DNA of 64,000 nt, taken from an uncultured Gammaproteobacteria bacterium. GTDB lineage: Bacteria; Patescibacteriota; Microgenomatia; UBA8517. Where the stretch lies: assembly GCA_964396785.1 (NCBI GenBank), contig CAYNFU010000001.1:943-64942 (forward strand). The letters run 5' to 3'. Under the pieces are notes generated by a model. It worked only from the letters and a program-made list of their open reading frames with translations, was not told the origin of the DNA and did not search any database. Positions 1-8,803 of the stretch are shown here, one piece after another (the first letter of the stretch is position 1; every line of letters begins with the position of its first letter). The position numbers were made by a program, and so were the translations under genes.

Positions 1-304
1 GTGCTCCTACTGCGTGGGCCGGTCCCGTGTCGCGCCTTGCTGGCTCGACTATTATGTTATCAGGGGATAAATGACTTTCTTCCCTGAGAATTTCCTTTTT
101 ATAGGCTTCTGAAACCGTAATCACAAATATTTTCTCCCAAGGCAGAATCTTGTTTAATCTTTCGAGAGTGATTTGGGTGAGGGTTTTTTCTCCAAAAAGT
201 TTGAGAAATTGTTTTGGAGTTTTCTCACGAGATTTCGGCCAAAGTCTTGTACCACCACCTCCAGCGAGAATGAGCGCGAATAAATGTTCTTTGTAACTAT
301 CCAT
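1..304 (-). CDS. NDP-sugar pyrophosphorylase, likely mannose-1-phosphate guanylyltransferase (ManC/CpsB-type). N-terminal fragment only; the gene runs off the left edge.
   Basis: Reverse-strand translation from ATG at 304..302 reads MDSYKEHLFALILAGGGGTRLWPKSREKTPKQFLKLFGEKTL...IVEPARRDTGPAHAVGA. It contains the G-G-x-G-T-R-L-W-P nucleotidyltransferase signature and the EPxxRxTxPA motif typical of GDP-mannose pyrophosphorylases. It is not in the supplied ORF track because it is truncated. Confidence 0.7.
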   Translation of the reverse strand, partial: MDSYKEHLFALILAGGGGTRLWPKSREKTPKQFLKLFGEKTLTQITLERLNKILPWEKIFVITVSEAYKKEILREESHLSPDNIIVEPARRDTGPAHAVGA

Positions 305-1394
305 TAATATTATTGATAAGCTTTAACAATCTCTTTTTAAAGACATCCTTTGAAAATCGCTCGGCGGATTTAACTATTTTACCTCTATTAAACGACATTT
401 TTTCAAATTTCTTTATGGCTTCGGTCAGACTTACCACCGACTGTTTTTCAAAAAAGACTCCATTTACGCCTGGCAAAATAGTATCCTGCGCACCCCCTAC
501 TTTATATGCAACCACCGGGGTACCGGCCGCATGGGCCTCGACAACCACTTTTCCAAAGTCTTCCTCCTGCGGGAAAATCAATGCCCGTGCCTTACTATAG
601 TAGTGAGAAAGCTCTCTATCTGTCAATTCTCCTATAAACTTGACGTTGCCTTTTGCCATCTTTTTTAGCCTACTTTCCTCGCTCCCCTTTCCAATGATAG
701 TAAGTGGTAGACCAAGCTTATTAAAAGCTCGAACCGCCAGATCCACCCTCTTGTAAGGAGTAAGGCGGCCAACCAAAAGATAAAAATCTGACTCATTTCT
801 TTTCCCTTTGAATTTCTCAATATCTACAGGGGGGTATATAACTTCTGACTCGCGACCATAGTACTTTTCGATCCTTTTTTTGACGACGCTTGATATGGCT
901 ATCATCAAATCGGGCCTAGCGCTTGCAATCTTGTCCCAATTCCTAAGATAGCTAACCAGCGGCCTTGAAATGCCCCTAAAGAAGGGGAACGTTTTAAATT
1001 TACTCGGGGGGAACCTGAAATAAAAATCGTGGGCACTCCAAAGGTAGCGCGTGGGCGTAAGGCAATAACAAATATGAACCGTTCCTGGTTTTGTTATTAT
1101 TCCCTTGGCAGCCTCAGAAGTTACTGAAATAACCAAGTCAAAGGCAGAAAAATCGAAACTTTCAAATGCAATAGGAGTAAAAGCTCCTAAAAATTCATGA
1201 TTGGTTTTTGTTAAGGGAATTTTTTGCAAAAAGGAGGGAATAACCGAAGGAAAAACTTTCGCCCAAGGAGCGTCTTTGGGGGAATAAACCGATGTATAAA
1301 GTGGAGCATCGGGGAAAAGTTCATGCAGGGTGAGTAAGTCGCGCTCGGCCCCACCCCATTTGTTGACTCTATCGTATACGAGCGCAACTTTCAT
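297..1394 (-). CDS. Glycosyltransferase, GT4 / group 1 family (GT-B fold)
   Basis: 365 aa. The N-terminus has the GGAER motif. The C-terminal EDFGKVVVEAHAAGTPVV stretch is the EX7E-type nucleotide-sugar binding signature of Glycos_transf_1. Confidence 0.8.
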   Translation of the reverse strand: MKVALVYDRVNKWGGAERDLLTLHELFPDAPLYTSVYSPKDAPWAKVFPSVIPSFLQKIPLTKTNHEFLGAFTPIAFESFDFSAFDLVISVTSEAAKGIITKPGTVHICYCLTPTRYLWSAHDFYFRFPPSKFKTFPFFRGISRPLVSYLRNWDKIASARPDLMIAISSVVKKRIEKYYGRESEVIYPPVDIEKFKGKRNESDFYLLVGRLTPYKRVDLAVRAFNKLGLPLTIIGKGSEESRLKKMAKGNVKFIGELTDRELSHYYSKARALIFPQEEDFGKVVVEAHAAGTPVVAYKVGGAQDTILPGVNGVFFEKQSVVSLTEAIKKFEKMSFNRGKIVKSAERFSKDVFKKRLLKLINNING

Positions 1395-2499
1395 AGATTT
1401 TAAGTGTCTCTTGCGCCATTTTATTCCAAGAGTATCTTTTTACAAAATCGCGTGCTTTAGCAATCCTTTCCTCCCGGGCTTCAGCTCCTATTTCTAAAGC
1501 CAGCTCCATTGTTCTGGCAATTGATGAGAAATCAAAGGGATTAAAATAAATCGCGTGCTCTTTGTAAACCTCCTTAAGAACCAAAATTTCGGATGCCAGT
1601 ACTAAAGTTCCCACCTCCATCGCGTCAAGACCCGGTATCCCAAATCCTTCGGATAAAGTAGGAAAGACAAATGCGGCTGAGTGCCTGTAAAGTGTTCCCA
1701 CCTCCTCATCTGGCAAAAAGCCTAGAACTTTGACAAAAGCGCCAGCTCCCATTTCGGAAATTAACTTCTCAAGTTTTTTGACAAAGAAATTCCTAGCAGA
1801 AACTATTACCAAGTGTGCTTTTATTCTGCGCTCTGTATTAAGAGAGATAATCGCTTCAATTAATCTTTTCAAATTCTTATGGGGATAGGCGTTTCCTGTG
1901 TATATAAAGTAGGGTGTTTCAATACCATACTTTTTCAAAAGCGGGGTAACAGCGCCCCCTCCAGATAAATCACTTACTCCTTCAGGCGTGACTGAAACTT
2001 TATCTGGGTCAAGGCTGTAATAGTCTACCAGTTCTTTTTTGACCGCATGGCTGGGAACAATAATTTTTACGGGCTTTTTAACCGCCCTATCAAATACGGC
2101 TCTATAGCCCAGTCGTTTAATAAGGTACACGATGGGAGCAAGTGTGGTTGCTTCAAACCCTTTTTGCTTATGCATAAGTAAATCGTGAATTGTTACAACA
2201 TAATCTCCTCGATAGAGAATGGGTACGTTGAAGTGGGGAAAATGAACCAAATCGGGCTTCTCATTTTTTAATATCTTGGGAAGAGAAATTTGTTCGCTAA
2301 ATGAATATTGGCGAAAGTCTCCCTTAATTTTCTTGAAATTCGCGGGTAAAGATAAACTTTTAAAATAGTTATTTCTTAAAATGAGAGTGTAATCGTTTTT
2401 TCTGTCAATTTTTGCAAGATTTTGAGTTAGCTCCATAACATACCTACCTATTCCGGTATGTTCAATTCCATACATTCTGGCGTCGATTACGATTTTCAT
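1369..2499 (-). CDS. Glycosyltransferase, GT4 / group 1 family
   Basis: 376 aa. N-terminal MKIVIDARMYGIEHTGIGRY matches the GT4 N-domain. C-terminal FPTLSEGFGIPGLDAMEVGTLVLAS is the EX7E region. Confidence 0.8.
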   Translation of the reverse strand: MKIVIDARMYGIEHTGIGRYVMELTQNLAKIDRKNDYTLILRNNYFKSLSLPANFKKIKGDFRQYSFSEQISLPKILKNEKPDLVHFPHFNVPILYRGDYVVTIHDLLMHKQKGFEATTLAPIVYLIKRLGYRAVFDRAVKKPVKIIVPSHAVKKELVDYYSLDPDKVSVTPEGVSDLSGGGAVTPLLKKYGIETPYFIYTGNAYPHKNLKRLIEAIISLNTERRIKAHLVIVSARNFFVKKLEKLISEMGAGAFVKVLGFLPDEEVGTLYRHSAAFVFPTLSEGFGIPGLDAMEVGTLVLASEILVLKEVYKEHAIYFNPFDFSSIARTMELALEIGAEAREERIAKARDFVKRYSWNKMAQETLKIYESCARIR

Positions 2500-3695
2500 T
2501 TGGAGGAAATTACACTTGCGTAAATAGGGTCGTGAAGTTTAACAACCTCTTTCCAATCAAAGTATCTGTGAACGTGGTTTTGACCTTTTTGTCCTATACG
2601 ATTTGCCAAATCTGGGTTTTTTAGTAGTTTGATAGCTTCCCTGGCAAGGGCTTCATCACTATCTGCAATGAGCGCTTGTTCCCCCTGAGTGATATTAAGA
2701 CCAGCGACTCCAATTGACGTCGAGACAACAGGAAGCCCGGCGGCCATGGCTTCTAATATTTTTAAGCGGGTTCCCCCCGCTCCTTTTATTGGAGCAACCA
2801 TTATGCTCGCACTTCCGTAAGCATCTCTTGCATCAGGAATATTTTCGGTTATTTCAATGCTTTCATCACTTTCTGAAAGTCTCTTAATCCATTCTGGAAT
2901 TTCTCTGCCTACAATCCAAACCTTAGCATTTGGGACCTCCTTTTTAACCTTAGGCCATATTTTTTTTATCAATATTTCTGAAGCCTCTTGATTTTGAAGC
3001 CACTCAAAGTTGCTTACACCATATAATACTTTAGGGGGCAATTTCCTTTCCATCTTTTTTGCCGCATAAAACTCGGTATCAACCCCGTTAGGAATAATAT
3101 CGACTTTTACCCCTGGAATTAGCTTAATCATTTCACTCCTGTCCTCGGCCGAAACTGCCACTAATTTGCTTGCTTTAGTCCAGTAATGTTTTTCCCAATA
3201 CTTAACCTTTAAAACGTCATACATATAAAAAGGCCTCAAGATTCTAGGTACCTTTGTCTCTACGTGGTGTTTATAAACATCGTGCCAAATAGTTTGCTCG
3301 ACGAGTATTGTGGGAACGTCGGTGCGGGCTAAATGCGGCATAACATAGAAAGTCTCGGCGTGGATCAAATCATATTTCTCATTGGCGAGTTCCAGCGAAA
3401 CCGCCCGCCTTTCCTTTAAAGACAAATTTCTAATAACCATAAGCGGGAATGGCCCGAAAAGAGAAAGGAGCACATTTCTTACGGTCCAAGGCTTTTTTGG
3501 CCTATCAAAAACCATTACTTTTTTGCAGTATTTCCTAAGCTCCGGAATGAATTTCTCCTCAGATGTATCTTTTGCGAGGGAAAAAAGGGTAATATCGTGC
3601 TTCTTTGAAAGGTATTTGATTATATTGTACCAGCGTGTTTGTCCACCGCTGGTCTCAGGTTTTGGCAAATAGGGAACTAACATCAATATCTTCAT
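2496..3695 (-). CDS. Glycosyltransferase, GT4 / group 1 family
   Basis: 399 aa. Contains PETSGGQTRW near the N-terminus and APIKGAGGTRLKILEAMAAGLPVVST at the C-terminus. There is a 4-bp overlap with the upstream gene. Confidence 0.8.
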   Translation of the reverse strand: MKILMLVPYLPKPETSGGQTRWYNIIKYLSKKHDITLFSLAKDTSEEKFIPELRKYCKKVMVFDRPKKPWTVRNVLLSLFGPFPLMVIRNLSLKERRAVSLELANEKYDLIHAETFYVMPHLARTDVPTILVEQTIWHDVYKHHVETKVPRILRPFYMYDVLKVKYWEKHYWTKASKLVAVSAEDRSEMIKLIPGVKVDIIPNGVDTEFYAAKKMERKLPPKVLYGVSNFEWLQNQEASEILIKKIWPKVKKEVPNAKVWIVGREIPEWIKRLSESDESIEITENIPDARDAYGSASIMVAPIKGAGGTRLKILEAMAAGLPVVSTSIGVAGLNITQGEQALIADSDEALAREAIKLLKNPDLANRIGQKGQNHVHRYFDWKEVVKLHDPIYASVISSK

Positions 3696-5197
3696 TTTAT
3701 GGGTTTATGTAAATCTGCTATTAAATAAGTATTTGTTTTCTCAACTACTTCAAACCTTGCAATAACGTCTAGAGTATCTGGGTCATTTAGGCTAACAGTA
3801 ACGTAATAATCCGCCCCTTTTTGAATTATTTCATCCACCGATGAATCAATTACCGGCCATCCCCTTCTTTTTGTCTGGTAAAGAAATGCAGTATCCCCAT
3901 TGTAGGGTGCAATTACTATCGCATCCTTGGGAGTCAATCTATCAACGGCTGCCCCTGCCTCCATAATTTCCGGGTGGTTAACTTTATAAAACTCTCTAAC
4001 TTCGGAGGCTCCTGTTGTAAACATAATGAGTATCGAGAATATTGCAACAGATCTGGTAGCTACGAGCGGAAAGTCTCGGGAATTCCACAAATAAATTAGC
4101 CCCTCTGCCAAGGTTAAAGAAATTGCCGGAATAGCAATCGCCTGATAGTAATCGTGCCTTACGTTGGCTGTGGCAAAGACGACAACATAAATGAGCATCC
4201 CTAGTAAAAATGCATGTGTAAATAGGTCTTTCTTGGGTTTAAGAAGTCCAAAGACAAATATTATAATTCCCCAGAATCCCAAAATAAGTTTTGTTAGTCT
4301 CTCCCCAAAAATCCAGCGAAAAAAAGCGGGTTTTAAGCGGATTCCGTCACCATTGAACATCCAAGACCATCCGGGGATGCCTGCTGGAAATTTACTAATC
4401 CAGGCCCGCCAGACAAAGAAAGGAACCAAAATTATATCTACAAAAATAAGGAGTTTAATTAAGAGTTTGGGATTTTGGAAAATTTTCTTAAAAGAATATT
4501 TCTTTGATATTAAATAAATTAAAGGAACTGTATAAAAAATAATAAAGGGCTTAATTAAAAGTCCAAGAGCGATGGAAACCCCTGATAGATATAAAAAGTG
4601 TGCTTTATCTTTGTCGATAAAAAGAATAAAAAGCCAAATTCCCAACAGGCCAAAAAATATTGCCGTAGGTTCGGGCAGTATTACTCTGGTGAAATAAATG
4701 TTAAAAGGCAAAAAGAGGAAAAAAAATGAAGCTAAAACCCCACCCCACTTATTCATAAATCTTGCTCCCAGAAAGTAGAGAATAAACCCTGAACCTAAAG
4801 TAAAAATAATCGAAACTAGCCTCCCCCATACTTCAAAGGACACAACGCCAATATTTTTGGCTAAAACTGCGTGTATTGCGTTATAGAGAGGGAACTCAAC
4901 ATATCGATAGCCTTCTGGGTTTAAAATTCGAGACTGGGTTGAGGATAAATCGTAGTAACGTGGATAAAGTATATTAACACCGTTTTCCACGTAAAGCCTG
5001 GCAACGGCCGCTGTGTCAGCTTGCCTAAAAGAATGCCAATCTGCAATCGGATTATCTATTTTATATAACCTGACTATAAAACCACCAACAAGTATTAATG
5101 CTAACAAATAGTACTCAATACGCTTAACTGAAATAACTCGCGCAACTAATTTATTCAATATATTTCTCATTTCGTACCAGTCCCACCAAAACACCAA
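3692..5197 (-). CDS. Polytopic membrane protein, putative GT-C-fold (ArnT/PMT-like) glycosyltransferase. The start codon is uncertain because the ORF-track start overlaps the upstream gene.
   Basis: 501 aa. The first approx. 400 aa contain more than 10 predicted TM segments, and the first extracytoplasmic loop is WHSFRQADTAAVARLY. The approx. 120 aa C-terminal domain is soluble. This architecture resembles the GT39/GT83 families. Confidence 0.5.
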   Translation of the reverse strand: MVFWWDWYEMRNILNKLVARVISVKRIEYYLLALILVGGFIVRLYKIDNPIADWHSFRQADTAAVARLYVENGVNILYPRYYDLSSTQSRILNPEGYRYVEFPLYNAIHAVLAKNIGVVSFEVWGRLVSIIFTLGSGFILYFLGARFMNKWGGVLASFFFLFLPFNIYFTRVILPEPTAIFFGLLGIWLFILFIDKDKAHFLYLSGVSIALGLLIKPFIIFYTVPLIYLISKKYSFKKIFQNPKLLIKLLIFVDIILVPFFVWRAWISKFPAGIPGWSWMFNGDGIRLKPAFFRWIFGERLTKLILGFWGIIIFVFGLLKPKKDLFTHAFLLGMLIYVVVFATANVRHDYYQAIAIPAISLTLAEGLIYLWNSRDFPLVATRSVAIFSILIMFTTGASEVREFYKVNHPEIMEAGAAVDRLTPKDAIVIAPYNGDTAFLYQTKRRGWPVIDSSVDEIIQKGADYYVTVSLNDPDTLDVIARFEVVEKTNTYLIADLHKPIK

Positions 5198-6506
5198 TTA
5201 ATAACCAGAAGATTATAGCGAATTTTGACGCTTCAAAAACGTCAATAAAAACTGCATTAATTAATACACCAATGCTCCCTCCCAAAAGACCTGCAACAAT
5301 TGGCCTTTGAATTTCTGGTAGCTTTTCCAAGTTAGACTTCACATTTGCTAAAAACAACGATCCAATCCGAAGGAAAATTAAACAAAATGCTGCAAATCCC
5401 AAAATTCCTGTCTCTCCCAATGCCCTTAAATAATCGTTATCTGTGGCAAGTGTAATTGAAGAATAACCAGTACCAAGTAGTGGATTTTTTGCCAATGACC
5501 TTACCGCCCTCGGCCATTCTACATTTATCCTGATTGAAGAAGATCTATCTTCTATGACGGGTGGAGGTGCTGGTGTAGGAGTCACAAAATCTGTCCTTCT
5601 TTGTGGCACTTCCTCTTGTGCGTATACTGTCCATGACGCATCCCCCGTTCTTTTTTTAACCTCGTCAAAAATTCTTAAATATCTGGCCCTTAAGTCTGGG
5701 GAGAATGAGAAAAATATCAAACTAATGATAGTTACAACGAGAACCTCCTTATACTTTCTAAGGATTAGTAGTGCAACACTAACTCCCACCAAATATGAAA
5801 CGATAGAAATTCTTGATACTGAGGCGAGTAGTAACCAAAGGCCAGAAAAGATTGCCCCCGCAATTAATATTTTCCATAATTTCTGTTTGAGGGTATAAAA
5901 GAGAGCTATAAAAATTGGTAAAACGAAAACCAAAAAAGTGGCTAGATCATAGTGCCCTGCGAACGTGGAATTTATGTGACTTCCCGGTAGCCAGCGAAGG
6001 GCAATTCCTTTTGCATACTCTACGTTTTGTGTGACTATTACTGGCCAATAAAGGAAACGCTGCCCCAGTGCATAAACGAAGACAATAAATAATGTAAGTA
6101 AAAGAACCTTGATATAAAAACTCAAATTCTCTCTATTTCGTATTGCGAGAACTCCCAAGAAAAACCCTGAAAAATATTCAATTCTCCTTAAGAAGTGTAG
6201 AAGTCCAATCTCTGGCTCTACCGACTTTGTTATTAAAACTCCCGACAGCAAAGATAGAAGCCCAACTAACGAATAGATTAAAATAGATTTTTCGATTTTT
6301 AAAGAAAATATCCGAAAAAGTTTTGGAAGTAAATATATCCCGCAAATTCCAAAAACCGTCGCCATCAAAAAATCCTCCAATCTTACAGAAACTTGTATTC
6401 CGGGAATCCTAATAAAAGGAAACTTGGGATACAAAATTATTACCATAATAACTGCGGCGGTTAAGTATTTGAAAATGTTATCCGGTGACTTTAAAAGAGT
6501 TCGCAT
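5151..6506 (-). CDS. O-antigen ligase / polymerase family membrane protein (Wzy_C domain)
   Basis: 451 aa with about 10 TM helices. A large loop contains LGTGYSSITLATDNDYLRALGETGILGF, which matches the Wzy_C H/N-x-Y-L-x-x-L-x-E-x-G-x-x-G signature. A Pro-rich linker (PTPAPPPVIEDRSSS) is inserted upstream of the loop. Confidence 0.65.
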   Translation of the reverse strand: MRTLLKSPDNIFKYLTAAVIMVIILYPKFPFIRIPGIQVSVRLEDFLMATVFGICGIYLLPKLFRIFSLKIEKSILIYSLVGLLSLLSGVLITKSVEPEIGLLHFLRRIEYFSGFFLGVLAIRNRENLSFYIKVLLLTLFIVFVYALGQRFLYWPVIVTQNVEYAKGIALRWLPGSHINSTFAGHYDLATFLVFVLPIFIALFYTLKQKLWKILIAGAIFSGLWLLLASVSRISIVSYLVGVSVALLILRKYKEVLVVTIISLIFFSFSPDLRARYLRIFDEVKKRTGDASWTVYAQEEVPQRRTDFVTPTPAPPPVIEDRSSSIRINVEWPRAVRSLAKNPLLGTGYSSITLATDNDYLRALGETGILGFAAFCLIFLRIGSLFLANVKSNLEKLPEIQRPIVAGLLGGSIGVLINAVFIDVFEASKFAIIFWLLIGVLVGLVRNEKYIE

Positions 6507-6511
6507 AATTT

Positions 6512-7057
6512 TTATTTAAGCTCCTTTTTTATATCGATTGCCGCTTGGTAAAGATTCTTTGAAATAAGGAGAGTTAAGCCCAAAGTTAAAAACCCAATTA
6601 ATAGCCTTATTCCAAGGTTGCTCGGTACATATCTTACAATCACTTTTTGTCTCCAATCTTTTTCATCTATTTTTATTGCATCTTGAGCAAGTTTTGGTTC
6701 AAAACCGTTCACAAATATAGACTCTCTAAAAGGGTGTACTATCTCTTCGAGAAAAGTGCTTCTGGCTTGGTCGCGTATGAGAGTCTGCGCTTCTTCTGGC
6801 GGATAATTGAGCCGATAGGTGGGAAGGGGAACTTCAAAGAAGTTTGATTTATTAAACTCTTCCTGATAGTGGGCTAAAACCTCATTTCGCCCATAATCCG
6901 TATAATATCCTCTCCTTAACGGGGTTTCCACGTCCGCCGGTTCATTTGAAACGTACGCATCGTCTAGTTGTTCGGGAAATTCTGGTGAGGGCAAGTATAA
7001 ATAGAGAAGGAAACCTAGGCTGAGTAATAAAAATGCGATCTTTAATGCTACTTTCAT
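6512..7057 (-). CDS. Hypothetical bitopic membrane protein (TM at both ends, acidic extracytoplasmic middle domain)
   Basis: 181 aa ORF with an N-terminal hydrophobic helix (IAFLLLSLGFLLYLYL) and a C-terminal helix (LLIGFLTLGLTLLI). No family was recognised. It is co-directional and tightly packed in the operon. Confidence 0.5.
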   Translation of the reverse strand: MKVALKIAFLLLSLGFLLYLYLPSPEFPEQLDDAYVSNEPADVETPLRRGYYTDYGRNEVLAHYQEEFNKSNFFEVPLPTYRLNYPPEEAQTLIRDQARSTFLEEIVHPFRESIFVNGFEPKLAQDAIKIDEKDWRQKVIVRYVPSNLGIRLLIGFLTLGLTLLISKNLYQAAIDIKKELK

Positions 7058-7066
7058 TTCAAAGAG

Positions 7067-7669
7067 TTACTGGAAAAGCCTTGCCCGGCCCAGGCGATAA
7101 TGAAGATCCTTATGTTTTCTCTCTCCGATAACTTTTGCAGGAACTCCACCGACAATTTCGAAGTCTTGAACACTTTTTGTAACCACTGCTCCGGCTGCTA
7201 CAACCGCTCCTTTACCAATCTTCACACTGGGTAAAATAATTACTCTGGGTCCTATAAACACGTAGTCGCCTATTTCTACAGGAGCTTCAATTGGTGAAAA
7301 GTCGTCCTTCTCAAGGTCGTGCTCAGAGTTATATATCATTACTTCTGAGGCAATATCAACGTGTTTACCTATTATAAGGGGAGCTCTGCCATCCAGGAAA
7401 ACATGGTCTCCGATAATTGTATCTTCTCCAATCTTGATGTTTCGAGGCTGAAAAAATCTAGCCCACATATGAATTACACTATTTCTGCCAATTTGAACTC
7501 CTGCAAGCATATAAAAGAGGGACCTTAGCGAATGAAATGGGATATGGCCTACCCAACGAAGCAACATAAGTTCAAAATCTAGCCAGTAGTTATATAAGCG
7601 GTTTTTTATCTTGGGAAAGGCTTCGAAAAGCGTCAATTCCTTTCCCATTCTGTCCGTAAATAAGGCCAT
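7067..7669 (-). CDS. Hexapeptide-repeat (LbH) O-acetyltransferase, WcaF/colanic-acid acetyltransferase-like
   Basis: 200 aa with tandem [LIV]-G-x-x-x-x repeats: IGEDTIIGDHVFLDGRAPLIIGKHVDIASEVMIYNSEHD ... IGDYVFIGPRVIILPSVKIGKGAVVAAGAVVTKSV. Confidence 0.8.
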   Translation of the reverse strand: MALFTDRMGKELTLFEAFPKIKNRLYNYWLDFELMLLRWVGHIPFHSLRSLFYMLAGVQIGRNSVIHMWARFFQPRNIKIGEDTIIGDHVFLDGRAPLIIGKHVDIASEVMIYNSEHDLEKDDFSPIEAPVEIGDYVFIGPRVIILPSVKIGKGAVVAAGAVVTKSVQDFEIVGGVPAKVIGERKHKDLHYRLGRARLFQ

Positions 7670-7672
7670 ATT

Positions 7673-8803
7673 CTACTTTTGCACTCCTTCTAATACGCTT
7701 AGGGTCTTTCGGGCTGTTTTCTCCCAAGAAAAGCCTTTCACACGAGCTAAACCCTTCTTCACAAGATTATTATACTGCCTTTCTGAGGCGGAAAGCACTT
7801 TTTTAATGCCAGCTGCAATACTCTGAGTGCTATAAGGATCTACCAAAATCCCTGCATCACCAACAACTTCGGGTAAAGCACCCTTATTTGAGGCTACTAC
7901 GGGCACGCCGCAGGCAAATGCGTGCAGTATATCCATTCCGAACCCTTCCCAAAAGGATGGGAGTGTGAAAACCCTAGCTCCCCTTATAAGGGCGGGTTTT
8001 TCTTCTTCAGGGACAAAATCTGTAAAAATAATGTCTTTAGTTAGACCTAAGGCCTGAACTTTTTCAAATATTGACCCATAAAGCCACCCCTTTTTGCCGG
8101 CAACTACAAGAGAATAATTTGGATATTCCTCCTTTAACTGCCTCCAAGCAGTCAGTAGCCCCTCAACGTTCTTACTTGGCTTTAGGGTACTGAGGTATAA
8201 CACATAGTCCTTCACTATAGAGTATTTTTCCTTAATACGTCGCACATCGTCATTAGTGATTGACTGATTAAAGCGTGCACTATCGTATCCATGGTATACA
8301 ACGTGTATTTTTTTTGAGGCAAATGGATAGTGTCGTACAATGTCATTTCTTGTACTAGTTGATACAGCTATGATAGCTTTTGATATAAATATCGAATAAG
8401 CACTCCAATACTTCAGCTGCCAAAAGTCGTATTTTTTAAATTGTTCCGAAAATTCAAGGTAACCCAAGTCATGAATCGTACAAACTACCGGAACTGCCGA
8501 AAAAGGGGGAACATAGTGACTTGGAGAGAAAAAAACATCTGGTCTGGGCCGTCCTATAAAGAGTTCGGGAGTTAACCTCCTTATTATCCACGCCCCGCGA
8601 CCCGAAATTACCTTATAAAAGAAGTTTTTTGTGGCTTTTGGAAGAAATTCTTTAGGTTTTTCTCTTAAAAAGACAATAATCTTGTGTTTACCTTTCCACT
8701 CATCCTCTAGTTTTCGTATGGCGGTAAGAACCTCGAGTGAATATTGGTTAACTCCGACTCGACTTTCTATATTTGCTTCGTTACCGTCTATTCCAATTAT
8801 CAT
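7673..8803 (-). CDS. Glycosyltransferase, GT4 / group 1 family
   Basis: 376 aa. N-terminal MIIGIDGNEANIESRVGVNQY. C-terminal LPSFWEGFGMDILHAFACGVPVVAS carries the EX7E motif. Confidence 0.8.
   Translation of the reverse strand: MIIGIDGNEANIESRVGVNQYSLEVLTAIRKLEDEWKGKHKIIVFLREKPKEFLPKATKNFFYKVISGRGAWIIRRLTPELFIGRPRPDVFFSPSHYVPPFSAVPVVCTIHDLGYLEFSEQFKKYDFWQLKYWSAYSIFISKAIIAVSTSTRNDIVRHYPFASKKIHVVYHGYDSARFNQSITNDDVRRIKEKYSIVKDYVLYLSTLKPSKNVEGLLTAWRQLKEEYPNYSLVVAGKKGWLYGSIFEKVQALGLTKDIIFTDFVPEEEKPALIRGARVFTLPSFWEGFGMDILHAFACGVPVVASNKGALPEVVGDAGILVDPYSTQSIAAGIKKVLSASERQYNNLVKKGLARVKGFSWEKTARKTLSVLEGVQK

Noticed and set aside
313-600. Plus-strand ORFs of 60-165 aa in the ORF track that lie entirely inside longer minus-strand genes. 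Examples are 313..600, 3382..3672, 4191..4517, 5554..5898, 9017..9310, 10555..10821, 14290..14658, 21014..21430, 21520..21936, 22984..23478, 26528..26887, 28720..29034, 31093..31374, 33575..33880, 56103..56342 and 58014..58232.
   Set aside because: They are antisense shadow ORFs within strongly supported glycosyltransferase or membrane-protein genes. Their sequences are low-complexity and Ser/Leu/Lys-rich with no motifs. No independent promoter or RBS evidence exists.
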